DNA from: Verrucomicrobiia bacterium
GTDB taxonomy: Bacteria; Verrucomicrobiota; Verrucomicrobiia; Limisphaerales; UBA11358
NCBI GenBank assembly: GCA_037138135.1
Contig: JBAXIY010000003.1
Location: 1 to 47,657, forward strand
Direction of reading: 5' to 3'
Length of the DNA: 47,657 bases
Made by a program: the position numbers and the translations under genes. Numbering within the stretch: position 1 is the stretch's first letter; each line of letters starts with the position of its first letter. Shown one piece after another: positions 24,747 to 34,896 of this stretch. The notes below the pieces were generated by a model, which was not told the DNA's origin, did not search any database, and was given only the letters and a program-made list of their open reading frames with translations.

Positions 24747-27280
24747 CGCCAGAAATGTTTCGGATATTTTCGCGCCAGTTCGGATTTTATTTTCGGATAA
24801 TGCTCGCGCCAGAAATTCGCCAGGTCTTGCGTCACCTGAATCGGTTTCATGCCCGGCGTCAAAATGTGCACGGTCACCGGCACGCGACCGAGTGCGATTT
24901 TCGGCGTCTGATTCACATCGTAAAGCTCCTGAATTCGTAGCGAGATGAATGGCGACTTGCCGGTTTCATAATTCACCTTGGGCGTGCGGCCATTCGCCAG
25001 CGTCAACCGTTCCGGCGCATGTTTATCCAACAGTTCTCGCTGCATGGGCGAAAGCCACGACATCACAATCGGTTTCACTTCACGTTCCTTGATGTCTTTG
25101 TAACTCACCGCACCGTGACAAAGTTGCTCGATGATGGATTTTTTATCTTCATCGGTGATGGCCGGCAACTGTAAGTCAGCACATTCCTTGCACAACAAAT
25201 TCAGGCGCGCGAGCCATTGCTCAACATGATGATCCCAATTCGGCAACAGCAAACGACCGACCAAAATTTCATCTGCCAGTAAACGCGCAGCAGCGTCGGC
25301 GGGCGGCGGGTCAATGCGTTTGGCCGCCAGCGCCAGATCACGAAAACGTAATAGTTCTGCGGCCAAAACCCGTTTTTGCTGTGTGTCGAATTGAACATGC
25401 AAGTCGGATTTGATGTCGTCAGGAAATAATTCGCGCAGCCACTCCACCTCAATCGCCGTGCCGAGCGAGAGGATGGTGTTCACCTCACGGTCGCGACCTT
25501 CAATCTCGCGAATTTCTGCCGCGACGAACAGCGGACGGTTCTGCACCATACTTTCGCGCGCAAGCACGCCACGCCGTCCGTGAACGAGTTCGCAGCGCAA
25601 CGTGCCTTGATCCAACCGCCGCGCCACGCGGTCGCTGAAGCCGATAAGAATACATTTCTGTAAATTTTCGTCCTTCACCTCATTGGGTTTTGTGTCGAGA
25701 CCTTCCGCTTTCGCGATGCGAAGAAATTGATCGAACAACGGTCCGACTTGTTTGGCTGTGACGGCGTGGATGCCCAGCTTGCGGCACGCATCCACGCGGA
25801 ATTGGTTGTTGAATGCGAAACTCCACGCGCGCATGAGAATCCAAAAATCGGAAGTCGCCTGTTCGCCGAGCAAATCTTCGCGAGCGGAATCCACTTCTTT
25901 GCCGCAATTTCGCAAAAGCAAATCTCGTCCTTGCGTCAGCGCCGCCACGAGACACGCCTGATAAACACAGCCGTATTCCTGAGCCGCCAACAGCATGCGC
26001 GCGTAACGCGGGTGCAAAGGAAACGCCAACATTTTCCGGCCAATTGGCGTGATGGTTTTGTTCTTATCGAGCGCACCCAAGTCCGCGAGCAATTCTTCCG
26101 CGTGCGCGAGTGAAACCTCATCCGGCTTTTCTAACCAGCGGAATTTCCGCAAATCATCCACTCCGGACGCTTTCAGAGTCAGCACAACTTCGGACAAATC
26201 GAGCCGCTTAATCTCCGGCAATTCCTGCACGGCGCGGTGCGCATGTTCCTCGCGCGACCACAGACGCATGCAAACGCCCGGAGCGGTGCGTCCCGCACGT
26301 CCGGCGCGTTGGTCGGCGGACGATTGTGAAATTTTATCTATCAGCAGCGTGTTGATGCCGCGGTTCGCGTCATAGCGCGCGACCCGCGCTAGTCCGGAAT
26401 CAATGACCAAGCGCACGCCGTCAATCGTCAACGAGGTTTCGGCAACATTCGTGGCGACGACGACTTTGCGTTTGTCATAACGCGCGACGGCAGCGTCTTG
26501 ATCGCGCGGCGGCAATTCACCGTGCAGCGGTAGAAGAATAAATCCTTTTGCCTCGCTCGTGTGGCGAATGGCCTCGATGGTCTGCGCAATTTCAAAACCG
26601 CCGGGCATGAAAACGAGCACGTCGCCTTCACCACCGCGATGGACATATTGGCTGAACGCATCCGCCGCCTGTTCCCAGACCGGACGTTTGTCAACGTAGG
26701 CGGGCAGTTCGGCATATTCGTGTTCCACCGGAAACATCCGACCTTCGGACGCGAGCTTGGCACACGGCGAAAGATATTTTTCCAACTCGCCCGCGTTCAA
26801 CGTCGCGGACATGACAGCAAGCATCAGGTCGGGCCGAAATTTTTCCTGCTGGTCAAGGGCCTGCGCGAGCGTGATATCGCCGTAAAGGTGGCGCTCGTGA
26901 AATTCGTCGAACAGAATCGCCGAGACGCCGCGCAGTTGCGGGTCGTCAATCGTCTGGCGCAACAAAACGCCTTCGGTCACAAAACGGATTTTCGTTTTCG
27001 CCGACGTGACATTTTCAAAGCGGATTTGATAACCGACTTCCTCGCCTAGCTTCACGCCAAGTTCGTGCGCAACGCGTGCGGCCAGCAAGCGCGCCGCGAG
27101 TCGTCGCGGTTGCAGGACGACGACCTGTCCATCTCCGAGCAATCCGTGCTTGAGCAACATCTGCGGAACCTGCGTGGATTTGCCAGAACCGGTTGGCGCT
27201 GACAAGATGAGGCGCTTGTCACTTTGCAGTCGAGCGATGATGTCGCGCTCGATTTCGTAAATGGGCAAACGGTCGGCCAT
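24743..27280 (-). CDS. hrpB: ATP-dependent helicase HrpB
   Basis: APTGSGKST, DEFHER, MSAT, QRAGRAGR; C-terminal P.QVTQDL.NFW..YP....EL..KYPKHFW. Confidence 0.95.
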   Translation of the reverse strand: MADRLPIYEIERDIIARLQSDKRLILSAPTGSGKSTQVPQMLLKHGLLGDGQVVVLQPRRLAARLLAARVAHELGVKLGEEVGYQIRFENVTSAKTKIRFVTEGVLLRQTIDDPQLRGVSAILFDEFHERHLYGDITLAQALDQQEKFRPDLMLAVMSATLNAGELEKYLSPCAKLASEGRMFPVEHEYAELPAYVDKRPVWEQAADAFSQYVHRGGEGDVLVFMPGGFEIAQTIEAIRHTSEAKGFILLPLHGELPPRDQDAAVARYDKRKVVVATNVAETSLTIDGVRLVIDSGLARVARYDANRGINTLLIDKISQSSADQRAGRAGRTAPGVCMRLWSREEHAHRAVQELPEIKRLDLSEVVLTLKASGVDDLRKFRWLEKPDEVSLAHAEELLADLGALDKNKTITPIGRKMLAFPLHPRYARMLLAAQEYGCVYQACLVAALTQGRDLLLRNCGKEVDSAREDLLGEQATSDFWILMRAWSFAFNNQFRVDACRKLGIHAVTAKQVGPLFDQFLRIAKAEGLDTKPNEVKDENLQKCILIGFSDRVARRLDQGTLRCELVHGRRGVLARESMVQNRPLFVAAEIREIEGRDREVNTILSLGTAIEVEWLRELFPDDIKSDLHVQFDTQQKRVLAAELLRFRDLALAAKRIDPPPADAAARLLADEILVGRLLLPNWDHHVEQWLARLNLLCKECADLQLPAITDEDKKSIIEQLCHGAVSYKDIKEREVKPIVMSWLSPMQRELLDKHAPERLTLANGRTPKVNYETGKSPFISLRIQELYDVNQTPKIALGRVPVTVHILTPGMKPIQVTQDLANFWREHYPKIKSELARKYPKHFWR

Positions 27281-27335
27281 GAAGTTGAAAGATTAAACGA
27301 ACCGGCGACCGGACAGAAATTTTTCCACAGAATTT

Positions 27336-28229
27336 TTAACTCGCCGCCAGCTCTGCAGCCCGCACGGTATTTTGCAACAGCATGGCAATCGTCATCGGGC
27401 CAACGCCTCCGGGATTGGGCGTGATTTTTCCGGCGATGGGTTGGACGTTCGCATAATCCACGTCACCGACAAGTTTGGTGCCGTTCTTGGAAGTTGCGTC
27501 GGGAATGCGATTCACGCCCACGTCCATGATGACCGCACCGGGCTTGACCATGTCGGCTTTAACAAAATGCGCCACGCCAATCGCCGCAATAATGATGTCT
27601 GCGCGCAGACAATGTTCTTTTACATTCCGCGTTGCCGAGTGGCAAATCGTCACCGTGGCATTGGCGTTTTTGCCTTTCTGACAAAGCATCGCCGCCATTG
27701 GCTTGCCAACGATGTTGCCGCGACCGAGCACGACGACTTCCGCGCCATCGGTCTTCACGCCGGAACGAGCGAGCAGTTCCATCACGCCCGCCGGGGTGCA
27801 TGGTTTGAAACCCGTTTCGTCGCCCAGCATCAATTTACCAACGTTCACTGGATGAAAACCGTCAACGTCTTTCGTTGGCAGCACGGTGGAAAAAACTACT
27901 GATTCACGGATTTGTTTCGGCAAAGGCGCTTGCACCAAAATGCCATGCAGGTGGGCTGCGGAATTTAATTTGCCGATAAGTGCGAGCAAATCTTCTTCGG
28001 AAGTTTTTTCCGGCAGGATATGTGTTTCCGAGACGATACCGAGTTCCGCGCAGGCTTTTTCCTTACGACCGACGTAAACTTTTGAGGCCGGATCTTCGCC
28101 CACACGCACGAACGCGAGACCGGGAACAATGCCGCGTTGTTTCAACGCCGCAACTCGCGCCGCGAGTTCCTGCTGGATTTGCGCCGCGATGGCGCGTCCA
28201 TCAACGACGTTGTTGGGATTTGCTGCCAC
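27336..28229 (-). CDS. folD: methylenetetrahydrofolate dehydrogenase/cyclohydrolase
   Basis: VGEDPASKVYV, KDVDGFHP, PCTPAG, GNIVGKP, PGGVGPMT; likely GTG start 28229 overlapping the upstream gene. Confidence 0.95.
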   Translation of the reverse strand: MAANPNNVVDGRAIAAQIQQELAARVAALKQRGIVPGLAFVRVGEDPASKVYVGRKEKACAELGIVSETHILPEKTSEEDLLALIGKLNSAAHLHGILVQAPLPKQIRESVVFSTVLPTKDVDGFHPVNVGKLMLGDETGFKPCTPAGVMELLARSGVKTDGAEVVVLGRGNIVGKPMAAMLCQKGKNANATVTICHSATRNVKEHCLRADIIIAAIGVAHFVKADMVKPGAVIMDVGVNRIPDATSKNGTKLVGDVDYANVQPIAGKITPNPGGVGPMTIAMLLQNTVRAAELAAS

Positions 28230-29382
28230 GGGTATTCTGTTCGATGCCACGGGGACTCCCGACTGGGTTCTCAATCGCGGGCAAATTGGTGTCGAGAACG
28301 TAAATTTTCTGAATGGTCAACACCGGCGTTGCCGCCCAACGAGGTGAAATACCTTCCTCGCCCGTAACAATGATTTTAAAATTACGGTAACGACCAATAT
28401 CCAGATTGGTGCTGGTGGAGTAAAGGTAGTTGATGGCATTGCCGCTGTCCCAATCGAAAAGCTCATAGGCCGTCGGCGCCACGATGCTAACCGATGAACG
28501 CACATACCCTTCGTGCGTGACCACGCGGGGCGGCGGCGGATTGGTATCTGTTACCGTAGCGACGGCATTTGTGTCGATTACTGCTGGAACAGCGACGGGA
28601 GTCGTAGTATTAGTCTCGGCTACGGCAGCAATCGGCGGCTCCGGAACAATGGCTGGCGCCTCCGTCACGGTGCTGGCGGTGGGCGGCGGCGTAGCAGCTA
28701 CCGGCGTTTCAACCACTACGGGCGTTGAATTAGTCGGCTCAACCACCGGCGCAGCCTCTTGCTTCAAAAACATGGCCGCCACAAATGCGAAAGCATTTGT
28801 CGGCGTCTCGATTTGTGACCAATCTCCTTTGGCACCTAATTCACTAATTGCCGCGCCCTTTTCTAAAATACCCAGCACGCTATAATTTTCGCCCGGACCC
28901 GCGCGCAAATTCAGCTTCTTCACCGAAACAATTTTATTGGTTGCATCGATGAACCGAGAGTTCACCCAGACTTTTGTGTCAGCCGGCAATGAAATTTTTG
29001 CCCACTGCGCTGGTTCGTCAGCGGCATGTTTATCGAGATTAAGTTGAGAAATAACCGTAACCGTATCGCCAGCTTTCAAATGGCCGATCACTTCACCCTT
29101 CAGTCCAGCTTGACCGCGCACATTAAGATTTTGCGACACCACCGTCGCTGAACCCGCCACCAAGGCAACGGTCGGCTCGGAGATTTTTTTTACGGCTTTC
29201 TTCTTGTGGACGACGGGCGCTTTTTTGACCGGTGCAACCACAGTAGGGGTTTCCGCTGCCACCGGGGCGGCCGTGCTGACCATGGCGGGCGCGGGAATTT
29301 CCGGCAGTGCGTTCGTGTTCACCTGCGCCACCGCAGTGGTGGCCAGTATCGTTCCCAAAACTAACCAGCAGTTCGTTTTCAT
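28201..29382 (-). CDS. exported SH3b-domain protein with Pro/Thr/Ala-rich linker
   Basis: Signal peptide; two SH3b motifs (LNVRGQAG.., LNLRAGPGENYSVLG..W). Confidence 0.8.
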   Translation of the reverse strand: MKTNCWLVLGTILATTAVAQVNTNALPEIPAPAMVSTAAPVAAETPTVVAPVKKAPVVHKKKAVKKISEPTVALVAGSATVVSQNLNVRGQAGLKGEVIGHLKAGDTVTVISQLNLDKHAADEPAQWAKISLPADTKVWVNSRFIDATNKIVSVKKLNLRAGPGENYSVLGILEKGAAISELGAKGDWSQIETPTNAFAFVAAMFLKQEAAPVVEPTNSTPVVVETPVAATPPPTASTVTEAPAIVPEPPIAAVAETNTTTPVAVPAVIDTNAVATVTDTNPPPPRVVTHEGYVRSSVSIVAPTAYELFDWDSGNAINYLYSTSTNLDIGRYRNFKIIVTGEEGISPRWAATPVLTIQKIYVLDTNLPAIENPVGSPRGIEQNTRGSKSQQRR

Positions 29383-30089
29383 AAATCAGTAGTCAAAGTT
29401 TTTATTTCCGACGGATTCAACGTCCGCCATTTGCCCGGCTTCAATTCGCCGAGCCGGATTTTTCCAATCTGCGTCCGCTGCAATTTCTTCACCGTGATCG
29501 CCTGCGACTCAAACAGCCGCCGCACCTCGCGGTTCTTTCCTTCGCCTAATTCCAGTTCCACCACGCTTTTAGAACGGGTTCCCGAAACGATTCGTGCCGC
29601 CAACGCCTTTAATTTTTCACCTTCATGAAAAATCCCGCGCTTAAATAATTCCAGCATCGCCGGTGTCACTTCGCCTTCCACGCTGACTAGATACCGCTTC
29701 CGAACCCCGTAACGCGGATGCGTCAGGCGCAGGGCGAATTGTCCATCATTGGTGAGAAAAATCAATCCTTCGCTGTTGTAGTCCAAACGCCCGACGGACT
29801 GGACGGTTTCCCATTCGCGCGGCAGCAACTGGTATATGGAGGGGCGATCAAACTCATCTTTGCGCGAACATACACAGCCCGGCGGCTTGTTCAGCGCAAC
29901 GTAAATCAAGTTTTTCGCGCGGACGGTTTTGCCATCCACCGCCACGGAATCCCGTCCGGGATCCACTTTGGAACCAAGCAGACGAACAACCTTGCCGTTG
30001 ACGGCCACGCGCCCTTCCAAAATAATTTTCTCGCCGGCCCGGCGTGAAGCCACACCGGCATCGGCGAGAAATTTCTGAAGGCGGACCAC
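29379..30089 (-). CDS. rRNA pseudouridine synthase (RsuA/RluB family)
   Basis: S4 domain RLQKFLADAGVASRR; VGRLDYNSEGL; EGKNREVRR. Likely GTG start 30089. Confidence 0.93.
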   Translation of the reverse strand: MVRLQKFLADAGVASRRAGEKIILEGRVAVNGKVVRLLGSKVDPGRDSVAVDGKTVRAKNLIYVALNKPPGCVCSRKDEFDRPSIYQLLPREWETVQSVGRLDYNSEGLIFLTNDGQFALRLTHPRYGVRKRYLVSVEGEVTPAMLELFKRGIFHEGEKLKALAARIVSGTRSKSVVELELGEGKNREVRRLFESQAITVKKLQRTQIGKIRLGELKPGKWRTLNPSEIKTLTTDL

Positions 30090-30093
30090 AAGC

Positions 30094-30159
30094 GGTGATG
30101 AGTTATGAGTGACCAGTGACGAGCGAAAACCCATCACTCACCACTTGCCACTCATCACT
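30094..30159. repeat. inverted heptamer-repeat hairpin (GTGAnnA x4 and its complement)
   Basis: GTGATGA GTTATGA GTGACCA GTGACGA, short loop, then CCATCAC TCACCAC TTGCCAC TCATCAC. Confidence 0.65.
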
Positions 30160-30163
30160 TTTT

Positions 30164-30319
30164 TTACGCTTCCGGCTTGGTCTTGCGCAGGCTGGTGATC
30201 TTGTCGCCGGCTTTGCGTTGACCGCGCTTTTCAAGGAGCGCCGTGCGTTCAAAACGTTTGAGGACATTGCGCTTGCCACCCAAGGTGGACGCCGCGCGGA
30301 GGCTGGGATGTTGTGACAT
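30164..30319 (-). CDS. PVC-superphylum small basic protein (51 aa; absent from the ORF track)
   Basis: Manual translation: MSQHPSLRAASTLGGKRNVLKRFERTALLEKRGQRKAGDKITSLRKTKPEA*. Confidence 0.9.
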   Translation of the reverse strand: MSQHPSLRAASTLGGKRNVLKRFERTALLEKRGQRKAGDKITSLRKTKPEA

Positions 30320-30516
30320 AAATTATTTGGTTCTGACTTGGTTTAATCGTTAAAACGAGGGACTAGCTTATCAGAACTAAAGTCGGCGGCAACCGCAAAT
30401 TACGCGGCAGCCAGGAATTTTCATCCGCCGCCGGCACGGGCGCAGTCGGTTGTTAAAATTTCCTTTGGCTGCTGAACATTCAAATGCTAGTTTGTTCACA
30501 ACATCAAACAAAAAAT

Positions 30517-31722
30517 ATGAAAGAAAATCAGCCTGCCACCTCCCGCCGACATTTTCTAAAATCCACTCTGACGCTGCCGGTCGCCTTGGCGGCTGCACCA
30601 TCATTGTTCACCTCGTCCGCCGCCGCCGCCGCCCCGTCCGCCGGGGCGCTACCGCGCCGGCAGTTGGGTAAAAACGGACCGCAAGTCACGATCTTGAGTA
30701 TGGGCGGCATGATGGCGGCGATGAGCCCTGATTATCTGGACATCGCGTGGTCCATGGGGATTCGCTATTTTGATAACGCAGATTGCTACATCAAGGGCAA
30801 GTCGGAGAAAATCGTTGGCCAGTGGCTGGCTAAATATCCCGAGCGTCGGCAGGAAATTTTTCTCACTTCCAAGGATCATCCCAAAGCGCCCGAAGAGCTG
30901 CTGGAGATGATCGACCGCCGGCTGGCTGCCCTGGGCACCACGTATCTCGACGCCTTTTATATTCACGGCATTGGCGGTGAGAACAAACTGGGCTGGCCAA
31001 AGAGCGATGCTTTCCGGAAAACTGCCGAGGCGCTGAAAAAATCCGGCAAGGTCAAAATGGTCGGGTTTTCCTGCCATGACAAATTGCTCACGGAGTATTT
31101 GCAGGCGGCGGCGGAAGGCCACTTCGTGGACATTATCATGCTGGCCTACAATCCGTTTTACGAAAAGGGCGGTGCATTTGATAAAGCCCTCGACGCTTGC
31201 CACCAGGCCGGCATCGGCCTCGTGGCGATGAAAACCATGCGCCAGACCAAGGATGTGCCCAAACGCCTGCCGGAATTTGACAAGCTGGGTCTCACCACGC
31301 ATCAGGCCGTGCTGCATTCCGCCTGGAGCGACCCGCGCATTTCCGCCGTCTGCAACATGATTGACAATGTCGATCAGATGCAGAGCAGCACTACCGCCGC
31401 GCGCAGCTACAAAGAGCCGCTCAAGACCGCGCACATGGAGTTGCTCAAGGAAACCATCATCGCCAGCCGCCGCACGATGTGCACCGGCTGCCCGTCCTGC
31501 GCGGCCCTGGCCAAGCAAACCGATTTTGCTTTCCACGACATTTCCCGCTATGTCACCTACTACGAACAGGACGGCAACGTCGAGGCGCGGGAATATTACC
31601 ACGCGTTGCCGGCGTTCGTTCGCGATGCGTCGAAGGTGGATCTCGCCGCCCTGCGCGACGGCTGCCACTTCAAGACCGACTATCCCGAAATCATCCGTCG
31701 TGCCGAGCGCTATTTCGCCTGA
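30517..31722 (+). CDS. Tat-exported aldo/keto reductase with C-terminal Fe-S motif
   Basis: SRRHFLK Tat motif; GIRYFDNADCY, SK and FYIHG AKR motifs; CTGCPSC..C. Confidence 0.88.
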   Translation: MKENQPATSRRHFLKSTLTLPVALAAAPSLFTSSAAAAAPSAGALPRRQLGKNGPQVTILSMGGMMAAMSPDYLDIAWSMGIRYFDNADCYIKGKSEKIVGQWLAKYPERRQEIFLTSKDHPKAPEELLEMIDRRLAALGTTYLDAFYIHGIGGENKLGWPKSDAFRKTAEALKKSGKVKMVGFSCHDKLLTEYLQAAAEGHFVDIIMLAYNPFYEKGGAFDKALDACHQAGIGLVAMKTMRQTKDVPKRLPEFDKLGLTTHQAVLHSAWSDPRISAVCNMIDNVDQMQSSTTAARSYKEPLKTAHMELLKETIIASRRTMCTGCPSCAALAKQTDFAFHDISRYVTYYEQDGNVEAREYYHALPAFVRDASKVDLAALRDGCHFKTDYPEIIRRAERYFA

Positions 31723-31804
31723 TTGAGGAGCCGTGACGACCGCGATTCCTTGAAACCTAAAGGGTTGGCCAGCGTCTGGTTTCGCAGGTGGAAAATTGAA
31801 TCAA

Positions 31805-32962
31805 ATGGCGAACGAGCAAAAAAGCAGCCCGATCAACCGCCGACAATTCATTCGCACCCGCGTTCCCGCGGCTGAACGCGTTGCCAGCGCGGTCATCGTC
31901 ATGCTGCTACTCGGCATCGGCATCACGATTGCCATCAAAGGAAAACACTTTGACCCGAATCTCTACGCCGTTCGCACCGACTCGTTGAAATCCACTGCGG
32001 CCGCCGTCGAAGGCAAAGGAGGAACCGCGCGATCAGCTCCCGAAACCAAGACGGTTCCCGCCGAAGCCCCAAAAGCGGTCGTTGCTGAAGAAACTTCACC
32101 CGAAGGTGGCACAGAACATCCCAGCGACGCACCCAAGCCAGCCGCGAAAGGCGAGCCAATCGAGATTTCCCTGGCCGGCACCAAACCGATGGGCGATACG
32201 GAATTTTACAGCTCGGACAATCTCTACGAAAAAATTGACGGGCGCGCGCCGGCTTACCAAAGCTTCAATGTTCAGGCCTTGCGCTGCCGTTCCTTTGCCG
32301 TTGTCGCGGCCGCGGGCAGTTTCGTGGATGTTTACGAATACCGGTTCGACTCGCCGGTGGATGCCTTCGGCATGTTTGCATTAGAACGCGACCCGAAAGG
32401 TAAGCCGCTCACCATCGTGCCCGATGGTTACGCCGCCGAGATGGGATATTTCTTCCGGCAAGGCGCGGTATATGTGCAGATTATCGCTTCCGATCTGAAA
32501 CCGGAAACGCTCGCCATCGCCAAAAGCCTGGCCGACATCCGCGCAAAGGATTTGCCGGTGGATGAAAAAGGTCTCGCCGGCCGTCGTAAACTGCCGACGG
32601 ATGGCCTAGTCGCCGACAGCGTTTCCTATGTTCCGGAAAACGCTCAGGGTCTTTCGGCGTTAAAGGAGGTGTTTGAGGCGAAATACCAGTTTGACGGTGG
32701 GGAAATTCCATTTTTCATCATGGTCGCGTCGCCCGATGACGCGGTAACCGCAGCAAAATCATTTCAGGATTTTTGCAGCAAATTTGGCACAGTGGAAAAC
32801 CTGCCGACTGCCAGCGGCGCCAAGCTTTTCCGCGCCCAGGTTTTCGGCAAATGGAAAGTCGTCTATCAGCGCGACGGCGAACTCGGCGGCGCGTTCGATG
32901 CCGACGACGGCGACAAGGCGCGAGCGTTCATCGAAAAGTATTTGCGCGGTGAGCTTAAGTAA
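31805..32962 (+). CDS. membrane-anchored periplasmic protein (DUF6599-like)
   Basis: Single N-terminal TM; NLYEKIDGRA..Y and DVYEY...DAFGMF motifs. Confidence 0.6.
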   Translation: MANEQKSSPINRRQFIRTRVPAAERVASAVIVMLLLGIGITIAIKGKHFDPNLYAVRTDSLKSTAAAVEGKGGTARSAPETKTVPAEAPKAVVAEETSPEGGTEHPSDAPKPAAKGEPIEISLAGTKPMGDTEFYSSDNLYEKIDGRAPAYQSFNVQALRCRSFAVVAAAGSFVDVYEYRFDSPVDAFGMFALERDPKGKPLTIVPDGYAAEMGYFFRQGAVYVQIIASDLKPETLAIAKSLADIRAKDLPVDEKGLAGRRKLPTDGLVADSVSYVPENAQGLSALKEVFEAKYQFDGGEIPFFIMVASPDDAVTAAKSFQDFCSKFGTVENLPTASGAKLFRAQVFGKWKVVYQRDGELGGAFDADDGDKARAFIEKYLRGELK

Positions 32963-32983
32963 ATAGCATGTTTAAAGGATAAA

Positions 32984-34003
32984 ATGAGTTCACCGAACCA
33001 GAACAATTATTCGCCGCCGCCGGGCGCTTCCGTGAGCCGGCGGGAATTTCTCGTGCGCCTCGGCATCACCGGCGCGCTCGTCGCCGGTTCCGGAGTCGCC
33101 GCCCGCAAGCTGTGGCAGCCGAAACATTTCGTCCCCGGTTTTGAAGAGCAAAAAGGCATGCAACTGCGCAGCTACGCGCCGGAAATCAGCAAGGTGCAGC
33201 CGTCGCTCGCCATTGCACACGGAACGGAACATGAGAAAACCATCCGCGCCGCGATGACAGCACTGGGTGGCATGAGCCGCTTCATTCAAAACGGCGACGT
33301 GGTGATGATCAAACCGAACGTCGCCTTCGACCGTCCCCCTACCCTTGCCGCCACCACCCATCCCGACGCGCTGCGCGCCGTGGCCAAACTCTGCTTTGAG
33401 GCCGGCGCACACAAAGTCATTATCGCCGACAATCCGATCAATTCGCCGACTGGCTGTTTTCTTAAGAGCGGTCTGACCGCCGTCGCCGCGGAAATGAATC
33501 TGGATTTGCTGTATCCCGAAACGAATTCCTTCGCGCCGCTGTCGCTGTCCGGCGAGGTTTTGAAGGAGTGGACGTTCTTCAACACGCCGTTCAAGCGGGC
33601 GACGAAAGTGATCGGCCTCGCGCCGTGCAAGGACCACAATCTTTGCCACGCCTCGATGACGACGAAAAACTGGTATGGCTTGCTCGGCGGGCGGCGCAAC
33701 CAGTTTCATCAACACATCCACAGCATCGTTTCCGATTTCGCACTGATGATGAAGCCGACGCTCGTGATTCTCGACGGCATGAACGTGCTCATGAGCAACG
33801 GCCCCACCGGCGGTCGCCTCTCGGACGTGAAGCCGATGAACACCATCGTCGCCGGCACGGACATGATTTCCGTGGACGCCTACGGCTATTCGCACTTGCT
33901 CGAACGCGACATTGCCGAGTTAACTTACCTCCACAAGGCGCAAGCGCGTGGCCTCGGCAACATCAACTGGAAAGACACGATCTACAAAGAGGTGACCGTG
34001 TGA
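32984..34003 (+). CDS. Tat-exported DUF362 protein
   Basis: SRREFL Tat motif; GGMSRFI..GD.VMIKPN, T.P, KDH......KN.YG, S.D.V..D motifs. Confidence 0.88.
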   Translation: MSSPNQNNYSPPPGASVSRREFLVRLGITGALVAGSGVAARKLWQPKHFVPGFEEQKGMQLRSYAPEISKVQPSLAIAHGTEHEKTIRAAMTALGGMSRFIQNGDVVMIKPNVAFDRPPTLAATTHPDALRAVAKLCFEAGAHKVIIADNPINSPTGCFLKSGLTAVAAEMNLDLLYPETNSFAPLSLSGEVLKEWTFFNTPFKRATKVIGLAPCKDHNLCHASMTTKNWYGLLGGRRNQFHQHIHSIVSDFALMMKPTLVILDGMNVLMSNGPTGGRLSDVKPMNTIVAGTDMISVDAYGYSHLLERDIAELTYLHKAQARGLGNINWKDTIYKEVTV

Positions 34004-34893
34004 AGTTCAAATTCAATCTCCAAGACCTGCTCAAGCTCCGCAACGTCCGCCGCGTGGCGCAGGTGTTTTTCTTCACGCTGTTTTTGTTCTTCGTCTTCGT
34101 CACCGACCTGCGCTATCTCAAAGGCTATCCGGTCTCGCTGTTTCTCGAACTCGACCCGCTCGTCGCGTTTGCCACGGCTATCACCACGCACACGGTTTAC
34201 ATGGGGCTGCTGTGGAGTCTGCTGCTAATCATTCCGACGCTGCTGTTCGGGCGCATTTTCTGCAACTGGATTTGCCCCTACGGTATCCTGCATCACTTCA
34301 CCGGCTGGCTGCTCGGCAAACGTCGCGCAGAGGAACGCGAGCGCATCGAGGCCAACCGCTACCAGAAATTGTATTCGCTGAAATACGTCATCCTCATCGC
34401 CATGATCGCCGCGGCCATCGGCGGCACGCTGCAAATCGGCTGGCTCGATCCTATTTGTCTTTTCCATCGCTCCATGAGCACGGTCATTTTGCCGCTCATC
34501 AATCTGTTTGTGCCGTCGAGCATTTATGTCCGGCAATACTTTCATGTCGGCGCCTGGATCATTGGTTTTATGCTGCTGTTTCTGGTTGGCATGAACGTCC
34601 TCATCCCACGGTTTTTCTGCCGCGTGCTGTGTCCGCTCGGCGCGTTTCTCGGCACGCTTTCCTCGGTGGCGCTCTGGCGCATTGACCGCGATACCGCCAA
34701 ATGCGTGGACTGCGACTTGTGTTTAAAAAATTGCGAAGGCGCGTCCGACCCGCAAACGCAGCTTCGCAAAAGTGAATGTTTCGTCTGCTTCAACTGCATC
34801 GAAGACTGCCCGGAGGACGCGCTCTCATTCAAATTCATGCCCCCGACGAAAGGGCGCAACCCCAAACCAAACTTAACTGTGCCGCAGGACTAA
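34000..34893 (+). CDS. NapH/MauN-like 4Fe-4S integral membrane protein
   Basis: GTG start overlaps the DUF362 stop; GRIFCNWICPYG, RFFCRVLCPLG, CVDCDLC..C and CFVCFNCIEDCP motifs. Confidence 0.88.
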   Translation: MKFKFNLQDLLKLRNVRRVAQVFFFTLFLFFVFVTDLRYLKGYPVSLFLELDPLVAFATAITTHTVYMGLLWSLLLIIPTLLFGRIFCNWICPYGILHHFTGWLLGKRRAEERERIEANRYQKLYSLKYVILIAMIAAAIGGTLQIGWLDPICLFHRSMSTVILPLINLFVPSSIYVRQYFHVGAWIIGFMLLFLVGMNVLIPRFFCRVLCPLGAFLGTLSSVALWRIDRDTAKCVDCDLCLKNCEGASDPQTQLRKSECFVCFNCIEDCPEDALSFKFMPPTKGRNPKPNLTVPQD

Positions 34894-34896
34894 CGC

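Noticed and set aside
30649-31668. Long antisense ORFs (also 581-1519, 32990-33895, 40389-41546, 16576-17091)
   Set aside because: They are shadows of well-supported genes on the opposite strand in GC-rich DNA and have no motifs.
33568-33999. N-terminal extension of the 441-aa ORF
   Set aside because: It overlaps DUF362 in another frame; the likely start is GTG 34000.
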